The translations under genes and the position numbers were made by a program. The notes under the pieces were generated by a model, which was not told where the DNA came from, did no database searches, and saw only the letters and a list, made by a program, of their open reading frames with translations. Below are positions 15,373 through 28,441 of a stretch of 64,000 nucleotides of DNA, piece by piece. Each line of letters starts with the position of its first letter. Position 1 is the first letter of the stretch. The stretch is taken from assembly GCF_013315695.1 (NCBI RefSeq), contig NZ_CP054353.1; one strand, given 5' to 3'. Source of the DNA: Escherichia coli. GTDB taxonomy: Bacteria > Pseudomonadota > Gammaproteobacteria > Enterobacterales > Enterobacteriaceae.

Positions 15373-16259
15373 TGGTTCGGCAAAATCTTCCAGAACGCCT
15401 CAATCAGCGGCTCATGAAGCCGCTTTTTTTGTACGCACACGCCCAGCTCAAACGGCGTTTTCTCATCGCTACGCTCCAGAATCATTACGCGGTTGCGCAC
15501 GGGTTCCGGGCTGTTTTCCAGCACCACCTCTGGTAGCAGCGCCACGCCGCAGCCGAGCGCCACCATCGATACCATTGCTTCATGCCCGCCAACCGTGGCG
15601 TAAATCATTGGGTTGCTGATTTTGTTGCGTCGAAACCACAGTTCAATGCGGCGGCGTACCGGTCCCTGATCGGCCATGATAAACGGCACTGTAGACCAGT
15701 CGGGCTTTTCGACAGATACCTGATTACGCACCGGGCAGGGCAGCGCGGGAGCAATCAGCACCACCGCCAGATTCTCCAGCATCGAAAACGCCACTGCGCC
15801 CGGCAAGGTTTCCGGTTTCCCGGCAATCGCCAGATCCGCTTCGCCAGTGACGACCTTTTCCATCGCATCTGCCGCATCACCAGTCGTGAGTTTAATCTCC
15901 ACCGACGGGTGTTCCGCGCGGAAGCGATCGAGAATCGGCGGCAGATGGCTGTAGGCAGCGGTCACCGAGCAGAAGATATGTAATTCGCCAGAGAGCGACG
16001 GTCCTTGCTGATCGATGGTGTGGCGCAGCTGTTGATACTGCAACAGCGTTTGCTGGGCGAAAACGCGCAGTTCTTCGCCAGCTTCGGTTAGCGTTACCGT
16101 GCGGTTATCGCGCACAAACAGCGGCTGACCGAGATCGTCTTCCAGGCGCTGAATCTGCCGAGAGAGCGTGGACGGGCTAACGTGCATTGCCCGCGCGCTG
16201 CGGCCAAAATGGCGGCTTTCCGCCAGATGCAGGAAGGTTTTCAGATCGCGTAAATCCAA
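15369..16259 (-). CDS. ilvY: LysR-family regulator IlvY
   Basis: ORF 15369-16343; start placed at the TTG preceding [18 protein letters not shown] (no in-frame ATG nearby); convergent 4-nt overlap with the ilvA stop. Confidence 0.8.
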
Positions 16260-16408
16260 TGGCGCAGCCCTTAATGTTGACGTTGCAGAAATTGCAATGT
16301 GACGTTGTGAATATATCAATTTCCGCAATAAATTTCCTGTCATATAGTGAATTCAATCTCGCAAACGCGAACCGAACAATAAGAAGCACAACATCACGAG
16401 GAATCACC

Positions 16409-17884
16409 ATGGCTAACTACTTCAATACACTGAATCTGCGCCAGCAGTTGGCACAGCTGGGCAAATGTCGCTTTATGGGGCGCGATGAATTCGCCGATGG
16501 CGCGAGCTACCTTCAGGGTAAAAAAGTAGTCATCGTCGGCTGTGGCGCACAGGGTCTGAACCAGGGCCTGAACATGCGTGATTCTGGTCTCGATATCTCC
16601 TACGCTCTGCGTAAAGAAGCGATTGCTGAGAAGCGCGCATCCTGGCGTAAAGCAACCGAAAATGGTTTTAAAGTGGGTACTTACGAAGAACTGATCCCAC
16701 AGGCGGATCTGGTGGTTAACCTGACGCCGGACAAGCAGCACTCTGATGTAGTGCGCACCGTACAGCCACTGATGAAGGACGGCGCGGCGCTGGGTTACTC
16801 GCATGGTTTCAACATCGTGGAAGTAGGCGAGCAGATCCGTAAAGACATCACCGTAGTAATGGTTGCGCCGAAATGCCCTGGCACCGAAGTGCGTGAAGAG
16901 TACAAACGTGGATTCGGCGTACCGACGCTGATTGCCGTTCACCCGGAAAACGATCCGAAAGGCGAAGGCATGGCGATCGCTAAAGCGTGGGCGGCGGCAA
17001 CCGGTGGTCATCGTGCGGGCGTGCTGGAATCCTCTTTCGTTGCGGAAGTGAAATCTGACCTGATGGGCGAGCAAACCATCCTGTGCGGTATGTTGCAGGC
17101 TGGCTCTCTGCTGTGCTTCGACAAACTGGTGGAAGAAGGCACCGATCCGGCATACGCAGAAAAACTGATTCAGTTCGGCTGGGAAACCATCACCGAAGCG
17201 CTGAAACAGGGCGGCATCACGCTGATGATGGACCGTCTCTCTAACCCGGCGAAACTGCGTGCTTACGCGCTGTCTGAACAGCTGAAAGAGATCATGGCGC
17301 CGCTGTTCCAGAAACACATGGATGACATCATCTCCGGCGAATTCTCTTCCGGCATGATGGCAGACTGGGCCAACGACGATAAGAAACTGCTGACCTGGCG
17401 TGAAGAGACCGGCAAAACCGCGTTCGAAACCGCGCCGCAGTATGAAGGCAAAATCGGCGAGCTGGAGTACTTCGATAAAGGCGTACTGATGATCGCGATG
17501 GTAAAAGCAGGCGTTGAGTTGGCGTTTGAAACCATGGTTGATTCCGGCATCATCGAAGAGTCTGCTTACTATGAATCACTGCACGAACTGCCGCTGATTG
17601 CCAACACTATCGCTCGTAAGCGTCTGTACGAAATGAACGTGGTTATCTCTGATACCGCCGAGTACGGTAACTATCTGTTCTCTTACGCTTGTGTGCCGCT
17701 GCTGAAACCGTTTATGGCAGAGCTGCAACCGGGCGACTTGGGTAAAGCTATTCCGGAAGGTGCGGTAGATAACGCGCAGTTGCGTGATGTGAACGAAGCG
17801 ATTCGCAGCCATGCGATTGAGCAGGTAGGTAAGAAACTGCGCGGCTATATGACGGATATGAAACGTATTGCTGTTGCAGGTTAA
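16409..17884 (+). CDS. ilvC: Ketol-acid reductoisomerase
   Basis: ORF 16187-17884; start at the ATG giving [19 protein letters not shown]... (491 aa). Confidence 0.96.
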   Translation: MANYFNTLNLRQQLAQLGKCRFMGRDEFADGASYLQGKKVVIVGCGAQGLNQGLNMRDSGLDISYALRKEAIAEKRASWRKATENGFKVGTYEELIPQADLVVNLTPDKQHSDVVRTVQPLMKDGAALGYSHGFNIVEVGEQIRKDITVVMVAPKCPGTEVREEYKRGFGVPTLIAVHPENDPKGEGMAIAKAWAAATGGHRAGVLESSFVAEVKSDLMGEQTILCGMLQAGSLLCFDKLVEEGTDPAYAEKLIQFGWETITEALKQGGITLMMDRLSNPAKLRAYALSEQLKEIMAPLFQKHMDDIISGEFSSGMMADWANDDKKLLTWREETGKTAFETAPQYEGKIGELEYFDKGVLMIAMVKAGVELAFETMVDSGIIEESAYYESLHELPLIANTIARKRLYEMNVVISDTAEYGNYLFSYACVPLLKPFMAELQPGDLGKAIPEGAVDNAQLRDVNEAIRSHAIEQVGKKLRGYMTDMKRIAVAG

Positions 17885-17900
17885 GTGCGATTCAGAGTTC

Positions 17901-17925
17901 AAGGCCTTCTCCCGGAGAAGGCCTT
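17901..17925. terminator. Hairpin between convergent ilvC and ppiC
   Basis: AAGGCCTTCT CCCGG AGAAGGCCTT palindrome. Confidence 0.7.
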
Positions 17926-17929
17926 GCTG

Positions 17930-18235
<306 letters not shown>

Positions 18236-18267
18236 TCAGTCAGGGAGGGGGGGACATATATGGCAAA

Positions 18268-18286
18268 AGCCCGGAAAATCCGGGCT
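18268..18286 (-). terminator. Possible terminator hairpin downstream of yifN
   Basis: AGCCCGG AAAAT CCGGGCT stem-loop about 80 nt past the yifN stop. Confidence 0.4.
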
Positions 18287-18363
18287 TCGCAGGTCCCTCA
18301 AGGGGAGAAAACTTAGGGCCTCTATGGGCTACAGAGTCATTATCGGGGATGGTGATTTTATTG

Positions 18364-18813
18364 TCAATTTATGAGCGATATGGCATTGATTGACTTGATG
18401 ACTGCCCTCTGTATGTCTGCAACCAACTCATGTGGCAAACATTGATTAAGATACCCCCGATAAGTCCTTGCTCTGTTTAATCGATTTCGACTGACTTGTT
18501 GTACCAGGTCGGCTTTAGCCCAACGTATCTGCTGATCAAAGAATTGCAGGTCATTGATAACATTACTGGCTATTTCAACATGCATTCCACGATTTAACTT
18601 GTCATGGTCGCGAGTGGTTGATAATGGAACGACGATACATGCGTTGCCATTAATTTTTCCGTTGAGCACGACAACCAACCTATTTTTTATCATCTCAGGT
18701 GGAATGCGGCCATCGTAATACGTCGTGCTGAACTGTCCATTCTGGCTAACAGGATAGTTACCAAAGTTGCATTCCAGTATTTCACCAACCTTGGGGCTGA
18801 AATTAATCGCCAC
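18364..18813 (-). CDS. yifN: PemK/MazF-like (toxin-fold) protein, YifN-like, with no adjacent antitoxin ORF
   Basis: ORF 18364-18855; GEI...RLVVVL...CIVVPLSTT pattern resembles the MazF/PemK fold; start placed at GTG 18813 preceded by TAAGGAGAGG RBS; the alternative GTG at 18855 lacks an RBS. Confidence 0.6.
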   Translation of the reverse strand: MAINFSPKVGEILECNFGNYPVSQNGQFSTTYYDGRIPPEMIKNRLVVVLNGKINGNACIVVPLSTTRDHDKLNRGMHVEIASNVINDLQFFDQQIRWAKADLVQQVSRNRLNRARTYRGYLNQCLPHELVADIQRAVIKSINAISLIN

Positions 18814-19030
18814 GAGTAAACCTCTCCTTAGTAAACTCTGAAAAAGTAATAACACAACGTTACGACCCGATATTTTCTAAGTCTAATGGATTCATGATGA
18901 ACTCCGGTTTCGGCCTTCCCTCTCTGATTTAAACATCCGCAGCCATCCGGTTAGCGGTTTTCACTCGGTCACATTCAAATGCGATTCTGCTACAATCCTC
19001 CCCCCCGTTCGAAGATTGAGCAATATACCT

Positions 19031-21052
19031 ATGCGTCTAAACCCCGGCCAACAACAAGCTGTCGAATTCGTTACCGGCCCCTGCCTGGTGCTGGCAGGCG
19101 CGGGTTCCGGTAAAACTCGTGTCATCACCAATAAAATCGCCCATCTGATCCGCGGTTGCGGTTATCAGGCGCGACATATCGCGGCGGTGACCTTTACCAA
19201 TAAGGCGGCGCGCGAGATGAAAGAGCGTGTCGGGCAGACGCTGGGGCGCAAAGAGGCGCGCGGGCTGATGATTTCCACCTTCCACACGCTGGGGCTGGAT
19301 ATCATCAAGCGTGAGTATGCGGCGTTGGGGATGAAAGCGAACTTTTCGCTGTTTGATGACACCGATCAGCTGGCGTTGCTTAAAGAGCTGACCGAGGGGC
19401 TGATTGAAGATGACAAAGTCCTCCTGCAACAGCTGATTTCGACCATCTCTAACTGGAAGAACGATCTCAAAACACCGTCCCAGGCGGCAGCCAGTGCGAT
19501 TGGCGAGCGGGACCGTATTTTTGCCCATTGTTATGGGCTGTATGATGCACACCTGAAAGCCTGTAACGTTCTCGACTTCGATGATCTGATTTTATTGCCG
19601 ACGTTACTGCTGCAACGCAATGAAGAAGTCCGCGAGCGCTGGCAGAACAAAATTCGCTACCTGCTGGTGGATGAGTATCAGGACACCAACACCAGCCAGT
19701 ATGAACTGGTGAAACTGCTGGTGGGCAGCCGCGCGCGCTTTACCGTAGTTGGCGATGACGATCAGTCGATCTACTCCTGGCGCGGTGCACGTCCGCAAAA
19801 CCTGGTGCTGTTGAGTCAGGATTTCCCGGCACTGAAGGTGATTAAGCTTGAGCAGAACTACCGCTCTTCCGGACGTATTCTGAAAGCGGCGAACATCCTG
19901 ATCGCCAATAACCCGCACGTCTTTGAAAAGCGTCTGTTCTCCGAACTGGGTTACGGCACAGAGCTAAAAGTTTTAAGCGCGAATAACGAGGAACATGAAG
20001 CCGAGCGCGTCACCGGCGAGCTGATCGCCCATCACTTCGTCAATAAAACGCAGTACAAAGATTACGCCATTCTTTATCGCGGCAACCATCAGTCGCGGGT
20101 GTTTGAAAAATTCCTGATGCAAAACCGCATCCCGTACAAAATTTCTGGTGGTACGTCGTTTTTCTCTCGCCCTGAAATCAAGGACTTGCTGGCTTATCTG
20201 CGCGTACTGACTAACCCGGATGATGACAGCGCGTTTTTGCGGATCGTTAACACGCCGAAGCGAGAGATTGGCCCGGCGACGCTGAAAAAGCTGGGTGAGT
20301 GGGCGATGACGCGCAATAAAAGCATGTTTACCGCCAGCTTTGATATGGGCCTGAGTCAGACCCTGAGCGGACGTGGTTATGAAGCATTGACCCGCTTCAC
20401 TCACTGGTTGGCGGAAATCCAGCGTCTGGCGGAGCGGGAGCCGATTGCCGCGGTGCGTGATCTGATCCACGGCATGGATTATGAATCCTGGCTGTACGAA
20501 ACATCGCCCAGCCCGAAAGCCGCCGAAATGCGCATGAAGAACGTCAACCAACTGTTTAGCTGGATGACGGAGATGCTGGAAGGCAGCGAACTGGATGAGC
20601 CGATGACGCTCACCCAGGTGGTGACGCGCTTTACTCTGCGCGACATGATGGAGCGCGGCGAGAGCGAGGAAGAGCTGGATCAGGTGCAACTGATGACTTT
20701 GCACGCGTCAAAAGGACTGGAGTTTCCCTATGTCTACATGGTTGGTATGGAAGAAGGATTTTTGCCCCACCAGAGCAGTATCGATGAAGATAATATCGAT
20801 GAGGAGCGGCGGCTGGCCTATGTCGGCATTACCCGCGCCCAGAAGGAATTGACCTTTACGCTGTGTAAAGAACGCCGTCAGTACGGCGAACTGATGCGCC
20901 CGGAGCCGAGTCGCTTCCTGCTGGAGCTGCCGCAGGATGATTTGATTTGGGAACAGGAGCGCAAAGTGGTCAGCGCCGAAGAACGGATGCAGAAAGGGCA
21001 AAGCCATCTGGCGAATCTGAAAGCGATGATGGCGGCAAAACGAGGGAAATAA
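19031..21052 (+). CDS. rep: ATP-dependent DNA helicase Rep
   Basis: ORF 19016-21052; start at the ATG giving [17 protein letters not shown]... (673 aa); UvrD/Rep helicase motifs. Confidence 0.96.
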   Translation: MRLNPGQQQAVEFVTGPCLVLAGAGSGKTRVITNKIAHLIRGCGYQARHIAAVTFTNKAAREMKERVGQTLGRKEARGLMISTFHTLGLDIIKREYAALGMKANFSLFDDTDQLALLKELTEGLIEDDKVLLQQLISTISNWKNDLKTPSQAAASAIGERDRIFAHCYGLYDAHLKACNVLDFDDLILLPTLLLQRNEEVRERWQNKIRYLLVDEYQDTNTSQYELVKLLVGSRARFTVVGDDDQSIYSWRGARPQNLVLLSQDFPALKVIKLEQNYRSSGRILKAANILIANNPHVFEKRLFSELGYGTELKVLSANNEEHEAERVTGELIAHHFVNKTQYKDYAILYRGNHQSRVFEKFLMQNRIPYKISGGTSFFSRPEIKDLLAYLRVLTNPDDDSAFLRIVNTPKREIGPATLKKLGEWAMTRNKSMFTASFDMGLSQTLSGRGYEALTRFTHWLAEIQRLAEREPIAAVRDLIHGMDYESWLYETSPSPKAAEMRMKNVNQLFSWMTEMLEGSELDEPMTLTQVVTRFTLRDMMERGESEEELDQVQLMTLHASKGLEFPYVYMVGMEEGFLPHQSSIDEDNIDEERRLAYVGITRAQKELTFTLCKERRQYGELMRPEPSRFLLELPQDDLIWEQERKVVSAEERMQKGQSHLANLKAMMAAKRGK

Positions 21053-21098
21053 TCAAGGCCGGAAAAGATGTGTCAGCATCGCATCCGGCACTTACTCA

Positions 21099-22583
21099 TT
21101 AATGCACTTCCAGCGGCCAGTGGACATAGCTCTGCCACTGGCTTTCCTGATCAATAATCTCTTTACCCAGCGGATGTTGGGTTAGCCAACCTTGCGGAAG
21201 CGTCAAGGTCAACAGTTCATGGTTAGCCTGTAATGTCATCTCTGGCACGAGATCGTCACGACGACGGCTGGCAAAAATGATAGCCAGGCGGAGTAAACGG
21301 CAGAGTTGTTCTGCGACGCGCGGTGGTACGGCATTTTGCTGATGCAGCGATGAGAGATCGACCGGATTAGTCTGGTTGAGCAGTAGCATCGCCAGCAATT
21401 TTTTCTGTGCGGGGGTAAAACCGGGAAGATCCAGATTACGCACCAGATAAGCAGCGTGTTGCGGCGCTTGTTTAAAGTCAACGCTCAGGCCGATTTCATG
21501 AAGCTGACAGGCGCTGATGAGCAAATCGCGGCTTATTGCTTCAAGATGCCATTCACTTTCCACCTGATCGAAGAAGTTAGCTGCAACTTTGGCTACGCGC
21601 TGTGCCTGATCAATATCGATCATAAAGCGGCGCTGAATATTACGTAGCGTACGGCTGCGAATATCCTGCTCGACGGCCAGATGCAACATGCCGTAGACCA
21701 GGCCTTCACGCAGCGCACCGCCCGCCAGGGTCATACACTGAATATTCAGTTCGGTAAAAATGGCTATCAGGATCGCCAGACCACTCGGGAACACTAACGC
21801 ACGTTCCAGCGTCAGCCCGTCAATCTCCAGTTCCTCCAGCCGACCGCAATGAATGGCGCGCTGTTTCAGTTGCTGCAACTTTTCCAGGGTAATGCGTTCA
21901 TCCATCCCCTGTGCCATCATGATTTCCTGTAACGCCTGCACGGTGCCGGAAGCGCCAACGCACACTTTCCAGCCGTGATACCGTAATTCATCGGCAACCG
22001 GACGTAACACTTTGCGTGCCGCTTTTTCTGCAGCATCAAAATTTTCCTGCCCCAGATTACGATCGGCAAAATAGCGTTCCAGCCAGGTGACGCAGCCCAT
22101 CGACAGGCTGAACAACGAGGTGGTTTGTGCACCCGTGCCGGTTACCAGTTCCGTACTGGCACCGCCTATATCCACCACCAGGCGCTGATCGGCACCGCCA
22201 GTTGTGTGAGCAACGCCCTGATAAATCAGACGTGCTTCCTCTTCACCGCTGATCACCTGTACCGGACAACCGAGGATTTCCTGTGCTTTGGCAATAAAAT
22301 CACCCGCATTGACGGCAAGTCGTAATGTCGCCGTAGCGACAACGCGAATTTGCGAGGGAGGGATATCTTGCAGACGTTCAGCAAACAGGCGCAGACATTG
22401 CCAACCGCGCTCCATTGCTTCATTAGAGAGGGCATTTTCGCTATTCAGGCCAGCAGCCAGACGCACTTTGCGTTTAATTCGCGTCAGCGTCTGGATGCTT
22501 CCAGCCATCTCGCGCACAACCAGCATATGAAAACTATTCGAACCGAGATCAATGGCTGCATACAGCGACGAGGTGGAACCCAT
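21099..22583 (-). CDS. gppA: Guanosine pentaphosphate phosphohydrolase
   Basis: ORF 21099-22592; start at the ATG giving [22 protein letters not shown]... (494 aa). Confidence 0.95.
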   Translation of the reverse strand: MGSTSSLYAAIDLGSNSFHMLVVREMAGSIQTLTRIKRKVRLAAGLNSENALSNEAMERGWQCLRLFAERLQDIPPSQIRVVATATLRLAVNAGDFIAKAQEILGCPVQVISGEEEARLIYQGVAHTTGGADQRLVVDIGGASTELVTGTGAQTTSLFSLSMGCVTWLERYFADRNLGQENFDAAEKAARKVLRPVADELRYHGWKVCVGASGTVQALQEIMMAQGMDERITLEKLQQLKQRAIHCGRLEELEIDGLTLERALVFPSGLAILIAIFTELNIQCMTLAGGALREGLVYGMLHLAVEQDIRSRTLRNIQRRFMIDIDQAQRVAKVAANFFDQVESEWHLEAISRDLLISACQLHEIGLSVDFKQAPQHAAYLVRNLDLPGFTPAQKKLLAMLLLNQTNPVDLSSLHQQNAVPPRVAEQLCRLLRLAIIFASRRRDDLVPEMTLQANHELLTLTLPQGWLTQHPLGKEIIDQESQWQSYVHWPLEVH

Positions 22584-22718
22584 ACTCTTCATCCTTCAAT
22601 CTGTCTCTGCGTTGGCTGCATTCTTTCACCTGAATCACTTACTACAGTAAACTCATCGGGATTCATTCTCTTGCCATCTTGATACAGCTTGAATGATTTG
22701 GAGTATGACATTTTTTAT

Positions 22719-23984
22719 TTAACCTGAACGACGACGATTACGCGGAGTGCCAGTACGACGCGGACCATTGCCTGTGCGCGGGCGCGTGAGGCGCAGCGGT
22801 TTTGGCAGATCGGTCATCAATGCGTCCGGATTGTATTTGCTTACCGGAATTGAGTGACCAATATAGGTCTCAATAGCAGGCAAATTCAATGCATACTCTT
22901 CACACGCCAGGCTGATGGAATGACCACTTGCGCCTGCACGACCTGTACGACCAATACGGTGAACGTAATCTTCACAGTCATCGGGTAAATCGTAGTTAAA
23001 GACGTGCGTCACAGCCGGGATATGCAGACCACGCGCGGCAACGTCGGTGGCAACCAGAATATCCAGATCCCCACGGGTAAATTCATCAAGAATACGCAGA
23101 CGTTTTTTCTGCGCGACATCGCCTGTCAACAAACCGACACGATGACCATCTGCCGCCAGGTGGCCCCAGATCTCTTCACAACGGTGTTTGGTGTTGGCGA
23201 AAATAATCGCTCTGTCTGGCCACTCTTCTTCGATCAGCGTTTGCAGCAAACGCATTTTTTCTTCGTTAGAAGGGTAGAAAAGCTCTTCTTTAATACGGTG
23301 GCCCGTTTTCTGTTCCGGTTCCACTTCAATATATTCGGCATTGTTCATCTGCTCGAACGCCAGTTCACGTACCCGGTACGAAAGCGTGGCGGAGAACAGC
23401 ATGTTGAGGCGCTGGTTTGCAGGTGGCATACGGCGGAACAGCCAGCGGATATCTTTAATAAAGCCCAGATCGTACATGCGATCGGCTTCGTCCAGCACCA
23501 CCACCTGAATGGCTCCGAGGTTAATGTGGTTCTGCTTGGCGTAGTCAATTAAACGACCCGTGGTGCCAATCAGAATGTCAACGCCGCTTTCCAGCACTTT
23601 CAGCTGTTTGTCGTAGCCATCACCACCGTAAGCCAGACCCAGCTTCAGGCCGGTAGCTTGCGCAAGTGGCTCCGCGTCGGCGTGGATCTGCACGGCAAGT
23701 TCACGCGTCGGTGCCATAATTAAGGCACGCGGTTGATTCACCTTGCGATCGGCTATCGCAGGATGAGAGAGAAGATAATGAAACGTTGACGTAAGAAACG
23801 CCATCGTTTTCCCGGTACCGGTTTGCGCCTGCCCGGCTACGTCACGACCCGCCAGCGTCAGCGGAAGGGCCAGTGCCTGAATGGGCGTACAGTTATGAAA
23901 CCCTTTTTTTTCAAGGGCTTCTACAACCTTCTGATGCAGGGCGAAGTCGGAAAACTTCTGTTCTGTTAAATGTGTTTTGCTCAT
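22719..23984 (-). CDS. rhlB: DEAD-box RNA helicase RhlB
   Basis: 421-aa ORF with DEAD-box motifs (GTGKT, DEAD). Confidence 0.96.
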   Translation of the reverse strand: MSKTHLTEQKFSDFALHQKVVEALEKKGFHNCTPIQALALPLTLAGRDVAGQAQTGTGKTMAFLTSTFHYLLSHPAIADRKVNQPRALIMAPTRELAVQIHADAEPLAQATGLKLGLAYGGDGYDKQLKVLESGVDILIGTTGRLIDYAKQNHINLGAIQVVVLDEADRMYDLGFIKDIRWLFRRMPPANQRLNMLFSATLSYRVRELAFEQMNNAEYIEVEPEQKTGHRIKEELFYPSNEEKMRLLQTLIEEEWPDRAIIFANTKHRCEEIWGHLAADGHRVGLLTGDVAQKKRLRILDEFTRGDLDILVATDVAARGLHIPAVTHVFNYDLPDDCEDYVHRIGRTGRAGASGHSISLACEEYALNLPAIETYIGHSIPVSKYNPDALMTDLPKPLRLTRPRTGNGPRRTGTPRNRRRSG

Positions 23985-24114
23985 AGTGTGGTAGAATATC
24001 AGCTTACTATTGCTTTACGAAAGCGTATCCGGTGAAATAAAGTCAACCTTTAGTTGGTTAATGTTACACCAACAACGAAACCAACACGCCAGGCTTATTC
24101 CTGTGGAGTTATAT

Positions 24115-24444
24115 ATGAGCGATAAAATTATTCACCTGACTGACGACAGTTTTGACACGGATGTACTCAAAGCGGACGGGGCGATCCTCGTTGATTTCTG
24201 GGCAGAGTGGTGCGGTCCGTGCAAAATGATCGCCCCGATTCTGGATGAAATCGCTGACGAATATCAGGGCAAACTGACCGTTGCAAAACTGAACATCGAT
24301 CAAAACCCTGGCACTGCGCCGAAATATGGCATCCGTGGTATCCCGACTCTGCTGCTGTTCAAAAATGGTGAAGTGGCGGCAACCAAAGTGGGCGCACTGT
24401 CTAAAGGTCAGTTGAAAGAGTTCCTCGACGCTAACCTGGCGTAA
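24115..24444 (+). CDS. trxA: Thioredoxin 1
   Basis: ORF 24010-24444; start at the ATG giving [38 protein letters not shown]... (109 aa). Confidence 0.97.
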
Positions 24445-24584
24445 GGGAATTTCATGTTCGGGTGCCCCGTCGCTAAAAACTGGACGCCCGGCGTGAGTCA
24501 TGCTAACTTAGTGTTGACTTCGTATTAAACATACCTTATTAAGTTTGAATCTTGTAATTTCCAACGCTTCCCGTTTTATCTTAA

Positions 24585-24686
24585 ATGCGAAGTGAACAGA
24601 TTTCTGGCTCGTCACTCAATCCGTCTTGTCGTTTCAGTTCTGCGTACTCTCCTGTGACCAGACAGCGAAAAGACATGAGTCGATGA
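24585..24686 (+). CDS. rhoL: rho leader peptide (33 aa)
   Basis: Translated by eye: MRSEQISGSSLNPSCRFSSAYSPVTRQRKDMSR, upstream of rho. Confidence 0.75.
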   Translation: MRSEQISGSSLNPSCRFSSAYSPVTRQRKDMSR

Positions 24687-24770
24687 CCGTAAACAGGCAT
24701 GGATGATCCTGCCATACCATTCACAACATTAAGTTCGAGATTTACCCCAAGTTTAAGAACTCACACCACT

Positions 24771-26030
24771 ATGAATCTTACCGAATTAAAGAATACGCCG
24801 GTTTCTGAGCTGATCACTCTCGGCGAAAATATGGGGCTGGAAAACCTGGCTCGTATGCGTAAGCAGGACATTATTTTTGCCATCCTGAAGCAGCACGCAA
24901 AGAGTGGCGAAGATATCTTTGGTGATGGCGTACTGGAGATATTGCAGGATGGATTTGGTTTCCTCCGTTCCGCAGACAGCTCCTACCTCGCCGGTCCTGA
25001 TGACATCTACGTTTCCCCTAGCCAAATCCGCCGTTTCAACCTCCGCACTGGTGATACCATCTCTGGTAAGATTCGCCCGCCGAAAGAAGGTGAACGCTAT
25101 TTTGCGCTGCTGAAAGTTAACGAAGTTAACTTCGACAAACCTGAAAACGCCCGCAACAAAATCCTCTTTGAGAACTTAACCCCGCTGCACGCAAACTCTC
25201 GTCTGCGTATGGAACGTGGTAACGGTTCTACGGAAGATTTAACCGCTCGCGTACTGGATCTGGCATCACCTATCGGTCGTGGTCAGCGTGGTCTGATTGT
25301 GGCACCGCCGAAAGCCGGTAAAACCATGCTGCTGCAGAACATTGCTCAGAGCATTGCTTACAACCACCCGGATTGCGTACTGATGGTTCTGCTGATCGAC
25401 GAACGTCCGGAAGAAGTAACCGAGATGCAGCGTCTGGTTAAAGGTGAAGTTGTTGCTTCTACCTTTGACGAACCCGCATCTCGCCACGTTCAGGTTGCGG
25501 AAATGGTGATCGAGAAGGCGAAACGCCTGGTTGAGCACAAGAAAGACGTTATCATTCTGCTCGACTCCATCACTCGTCTGGCGCGCGCTTACAACACCGT
25601 TGTTCCGGCGTCAGGTAAAGTGTTGACCGGTGGTGTGGACGCCAACGCCCTGCATCGTCCGAAACGCTTCTTCGGTGCGGCGCGTAACGTGGAAGAGGGC
25701 GGCAGCCTGACCATTATCGCGACGGCGCTTATCGATACCGGTTCTAAAATGGACGAAGTTATCTACGAAGAGTTTAAAGGTACAGGCAACATGGAACTGC
25801 ACCTCTCTCGTAAGATCGCTGAAAAACGCGTCTTCCCGGCTATCGACTACAACCGTTCCGGTACCCGTAAAGAAGAGCTGCTCACGACTCAGGAAGAACT
25901 GCAGAAAATGTGGATCCTGCGCAAAATCATTCACCCGATGGGCGAAATCGATGCAATGGAATTCCTCATTAATAAACTGGCAATGACCAAGACCAATGAC
26001 GATTTCTTCGAAATGATGAAACGTTCATAA
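24771..26030 (+). CDS. rho: Transcription termination factor Rho
   Basis: ORF 24699-26030; start at the ATG giving [40 protein letters not shown]... (419 aa). Confidence 0.97.
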
Positions 26031-26045
26031 ATTTGTCTTATGCCA

Positions 26046-26080
26046 AAAACGCCACGTGTTTACGTGGCGTTTTGCTTTTA
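26046..26080 (+). terminator. Intrinsic terminator after rho
   Basis: AACGCCACGT GTTT ACGTGGCGTT hairpin followed by a T-rich tract. Confidence 0.8.
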
Positions 26081-26269
26081 TATCTGTAATCTTAATGCCG
26101 CGCTGGCGATGCTAGGAAAATTCCTGGAATTTGCTGGTGTGTTATGCAATTTGCATATCAAATGGTTAATTTTTGCACAGGACTGGTGGGTTCGGAACGG
26201 ACTTTCCCTTCTGAATAAAGGTCTTCGTGGTTATACTTCTGCTAATAATTTTCTCTGAGAGCATGCATT

Positions 26270-27373
26270 GTGAATTTACTGACAGTGAGTACTGATCTCA
26301 TCAGTATTTTTTTATTCACGACACTGTTTCTGTTTTTTGCCCGTAAGGTGGCAAAAAAAGTCGGTTTAGTGGATAAACCAAACTTCCGCAAACGTCACCA
26401 GGGATTGATACCTCTCGTTGGGGGGATTTCGGTTTACGCAGGGATTTGCTTCACGTTCGGAATTGTCGATTACTATATTCCGCATGCATCTCTCTATCTC
26501 GCTTGTGCCGGTGTGCTTGTTTTCATTGGCGCGCTGGATGACCGTTTTGATATCAGCGTAAAAATCCGTGCCACCATACAGGCCGCTGTTGGCATTGTTA
26601 TGATGGTGTTCGGCAAACTTTATCTCAGTAGCCTGGGTTATATCTTTGGCTCCTGGGAGATGGTGCTCGGACCGTTTGGTTACTTCCTGACGCTATTTGC
26701 CGTCTGGGCGGCAATTAATGCGTTCAACATGGTTGATGGCATTGATGGCTTGCTGGGCGGGTTGTCCTGCGTCTCGTTTGCAGCAATCGGTATGATTTTG
26801 TGGTTCGACGGGCAAACCAGTCTCGCAATCTGGTGCTTTGCGATGATCGCCGCCATCCTGCCATACATCATGCTTAACCTTGGTATCCTGGGTCGCCGCT
26901 ACAAAGTCTTTATGGGGGATGCGGGCAGTACGCTGATTGGTTTTACCGTTATCTGGATCCTGCTCGAAACGACCCAGGGCAAAACTCATCCCATCAGCCC
27001 GGTTACCGCTTTGTGGATAATCGCCATTCCACTAATGGATATGGTGGCGATTATGTACCGTCGCCTGCGTAAAGGCATGAGCCCATTCTCTCCTGACCGT
27101 CAGCATATTCACCATTTGATCATGCGTGCCGGGTTTACTTCCCGCCAGGCGTTTGTGCTGATTACCCTTGCCGCAGCACTGCTCGCTTCCATTGGCGTGC
27201 TGGCAGAATATTCTCATTTTGTCCCGGAGTGGGTCATGCTGGTGCTCTTTTTGCTAGCATTCTTCCTCTATGGATATTGCATCAAGCGTGCCTGGAAAGT
27301 TGCTCGCTTTATTAAGCGCGTAAAACGCAGACTGCGTAGAAATCGTGGTGGCAGCCCCAATTTAACCAAATAA
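26270..27373 (+). CDS. wecA: UDP-GlcNAc:undecaprenyl-phosphate GlcNAc-1-phosphate transferase
   Basis: 367-aa polytopic membrane ORF starting at GTG (MNLLTVSTDLISIF...). Confidence 0.93.
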   Translation: MNLLTVSTDLISIFLFTTLFLFFARKVAKKVGLVDKPNFRKRHQGLIPLVGGISVYAGICFTFGIVDYYIPHASLYLACAGVLVFIGALDDRFDISVKIRATIQAAVGIVMMVFGKLYLSSLGYIFGSWEMVLGPFGYFLTLFAVWAAINAFNMVDGIDGLLGGLSCVSFAAIGMILWFDGQTSLAIWCFAMIAAILPYIMLNLGILGRRYKVFMGDAGSTLIGFTVIWILLETTQGKTHPISPVTALWIIAIPLMDMVAIMYRRLRKGMSPFSPDRQHIHHLIMRAGFTSRQAFVLITLAAALLASIGVLAEYSHFVPEWVMLVLFLLAFFLYGYCIKRAWKVARFIKRVKRRLRRNRGGSPNLTK

Positions 27374-27384
27374 ATGAGGATGTG

Positions 27385-28431
27385 ATGACACAACCAATGC
27401 CTGGGAAACCGGCCGAAGACGCTGAAAATGAACTGGATATTCGTGGGTTGTTTCGTACCTTGTGGGCTGGGAAGCTGTGGATTATTGGCATGGGGCTGGC
27501 GTTTGCGTTAATCGCGCTGGCGTATACTTTTTTTGCTCGCCAGGAGTGGAGCTCGACAGCGATTACCGATCGTCCAACGGTGAATATGCTGGGGGGATAT
27601 TACTCACAGCAGCAATTTTTGCGTAACCTGGATGTCCGTTCAAACATGGCTTCTGCCGACCAACCATCGGTCATGGACGAAGCCTATAAAGAGTTTGTTA
27701 TGCAACTGGCCTCGTGGGATACCCGCAGAGAGTTCTGGCTGCAAACCGACTATTACAAGCAGCGGATGGTGGGCAACAGCAAAGCAGATGCGGCGTTGCT
27801 GGATGAAATGATCAACAACATCGTGTTTATTCCCGGTGACTTCACCCGCGCGGTCAATGACAGCGTGAAGCTGATTGCCGAAACTGCGCCTGACGCTAAT
27901 AACCTGTTACGTCAGTATGTTGCTTTTGCCAGCCAGCGTGCAGCCAGCCATCTGAATGATGAGCTGAAAGGCGCATGGGCGGCACGCACCATCCAGATGA
28001 AAGCTCAGGTGAAGCGTCAGGAAGAGGTGGCGAAAGCCATCTACGATCGCCGGATGAACAGTATTGAACAGGCGCTGAAAATTGCTGAGCAGCATAATAT
28101 TTCGCGCAGTGCGACAGATGTGCCTGCCGAGGAATTACCTGATTCAGAAATGTTCCTGCTTGGGCGTCCAATGCTCCAGGCTCGACTGGAAAATTTACAG
28201 GCCGTCGGTCCGGCCTTTGATCTCGACTATGATCAGAATCGGGCCATGTTAAACACCCTGAATGTTGGTCCAACCCTGGATCCGCGTTTTCAGACCTATC
28301 GCTATTTGCGTACGCCGGAAGAACCGGTAAAACGCGATAGCCCACGTCGTGCCTTCCTGATGATTATGTGGGGCATTGTCGGGGGGCTGATCGGGGCTGG
28401 TGTCGCATTAACCCGCCGTTGCTCGAAATAG
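27385..28431 (+). CDS. wzzE: ECA polysaccharide chain-length modulation protein
   Basis: ORF 27382-28431; ATG at 27385 after a GAGGA RBS (348 aa). Confidence 0.93.
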   Translation: MTQPMPGKPAEDAENELDIRGLFRTLWAGKLWIIGMGLAFALIALAYTFFARQEWSSTAITDRPTVNMLGGYYSQQQFLRNLDVRSNMASADQPSVMDEAYKEFVMQLASWDTRREFWLQTDYYKQRMVGNSKADAALLDEMINNIVFIPGDFTRAVNDSVKLIAETAPDANNLLRQYVAFASQRAASHLNDELKGAWAARTIQMKAQVKRQEEVAKAIYDRRMNSIEQALKIAEQHNISRSATDVPAEELPDSEMFLLGRPMLQARLENLQAVGPAFDLDYDQNRAMLNTLNVGPTLDPRFQTYRYLRTPEEPVKRDSPRRAFLMIMWGIVGGLIGAGVALTRRCSK

Positions 28432-28441
28432 CAACACTGCT

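Noticed and set aside
16394-17317. 307-aa minus-strand ORF antisense to ilvC
   Set aside because: Antisense shadow of a highly expressed gene; product is low-complexity and R/H/F-rich
19973-20704. 243-aa minus-strand ORF (and 19037-19552) antisense to rep
   Set aside because: Shadow ORFs within rep with no independent signals
26040-26258. 72-aa plus-strand ORF between rho and wecA
   Set aside because: Starts inside the rho terminator hairpin, has no RBS, and covers what is more plausibly the wecA promoter region
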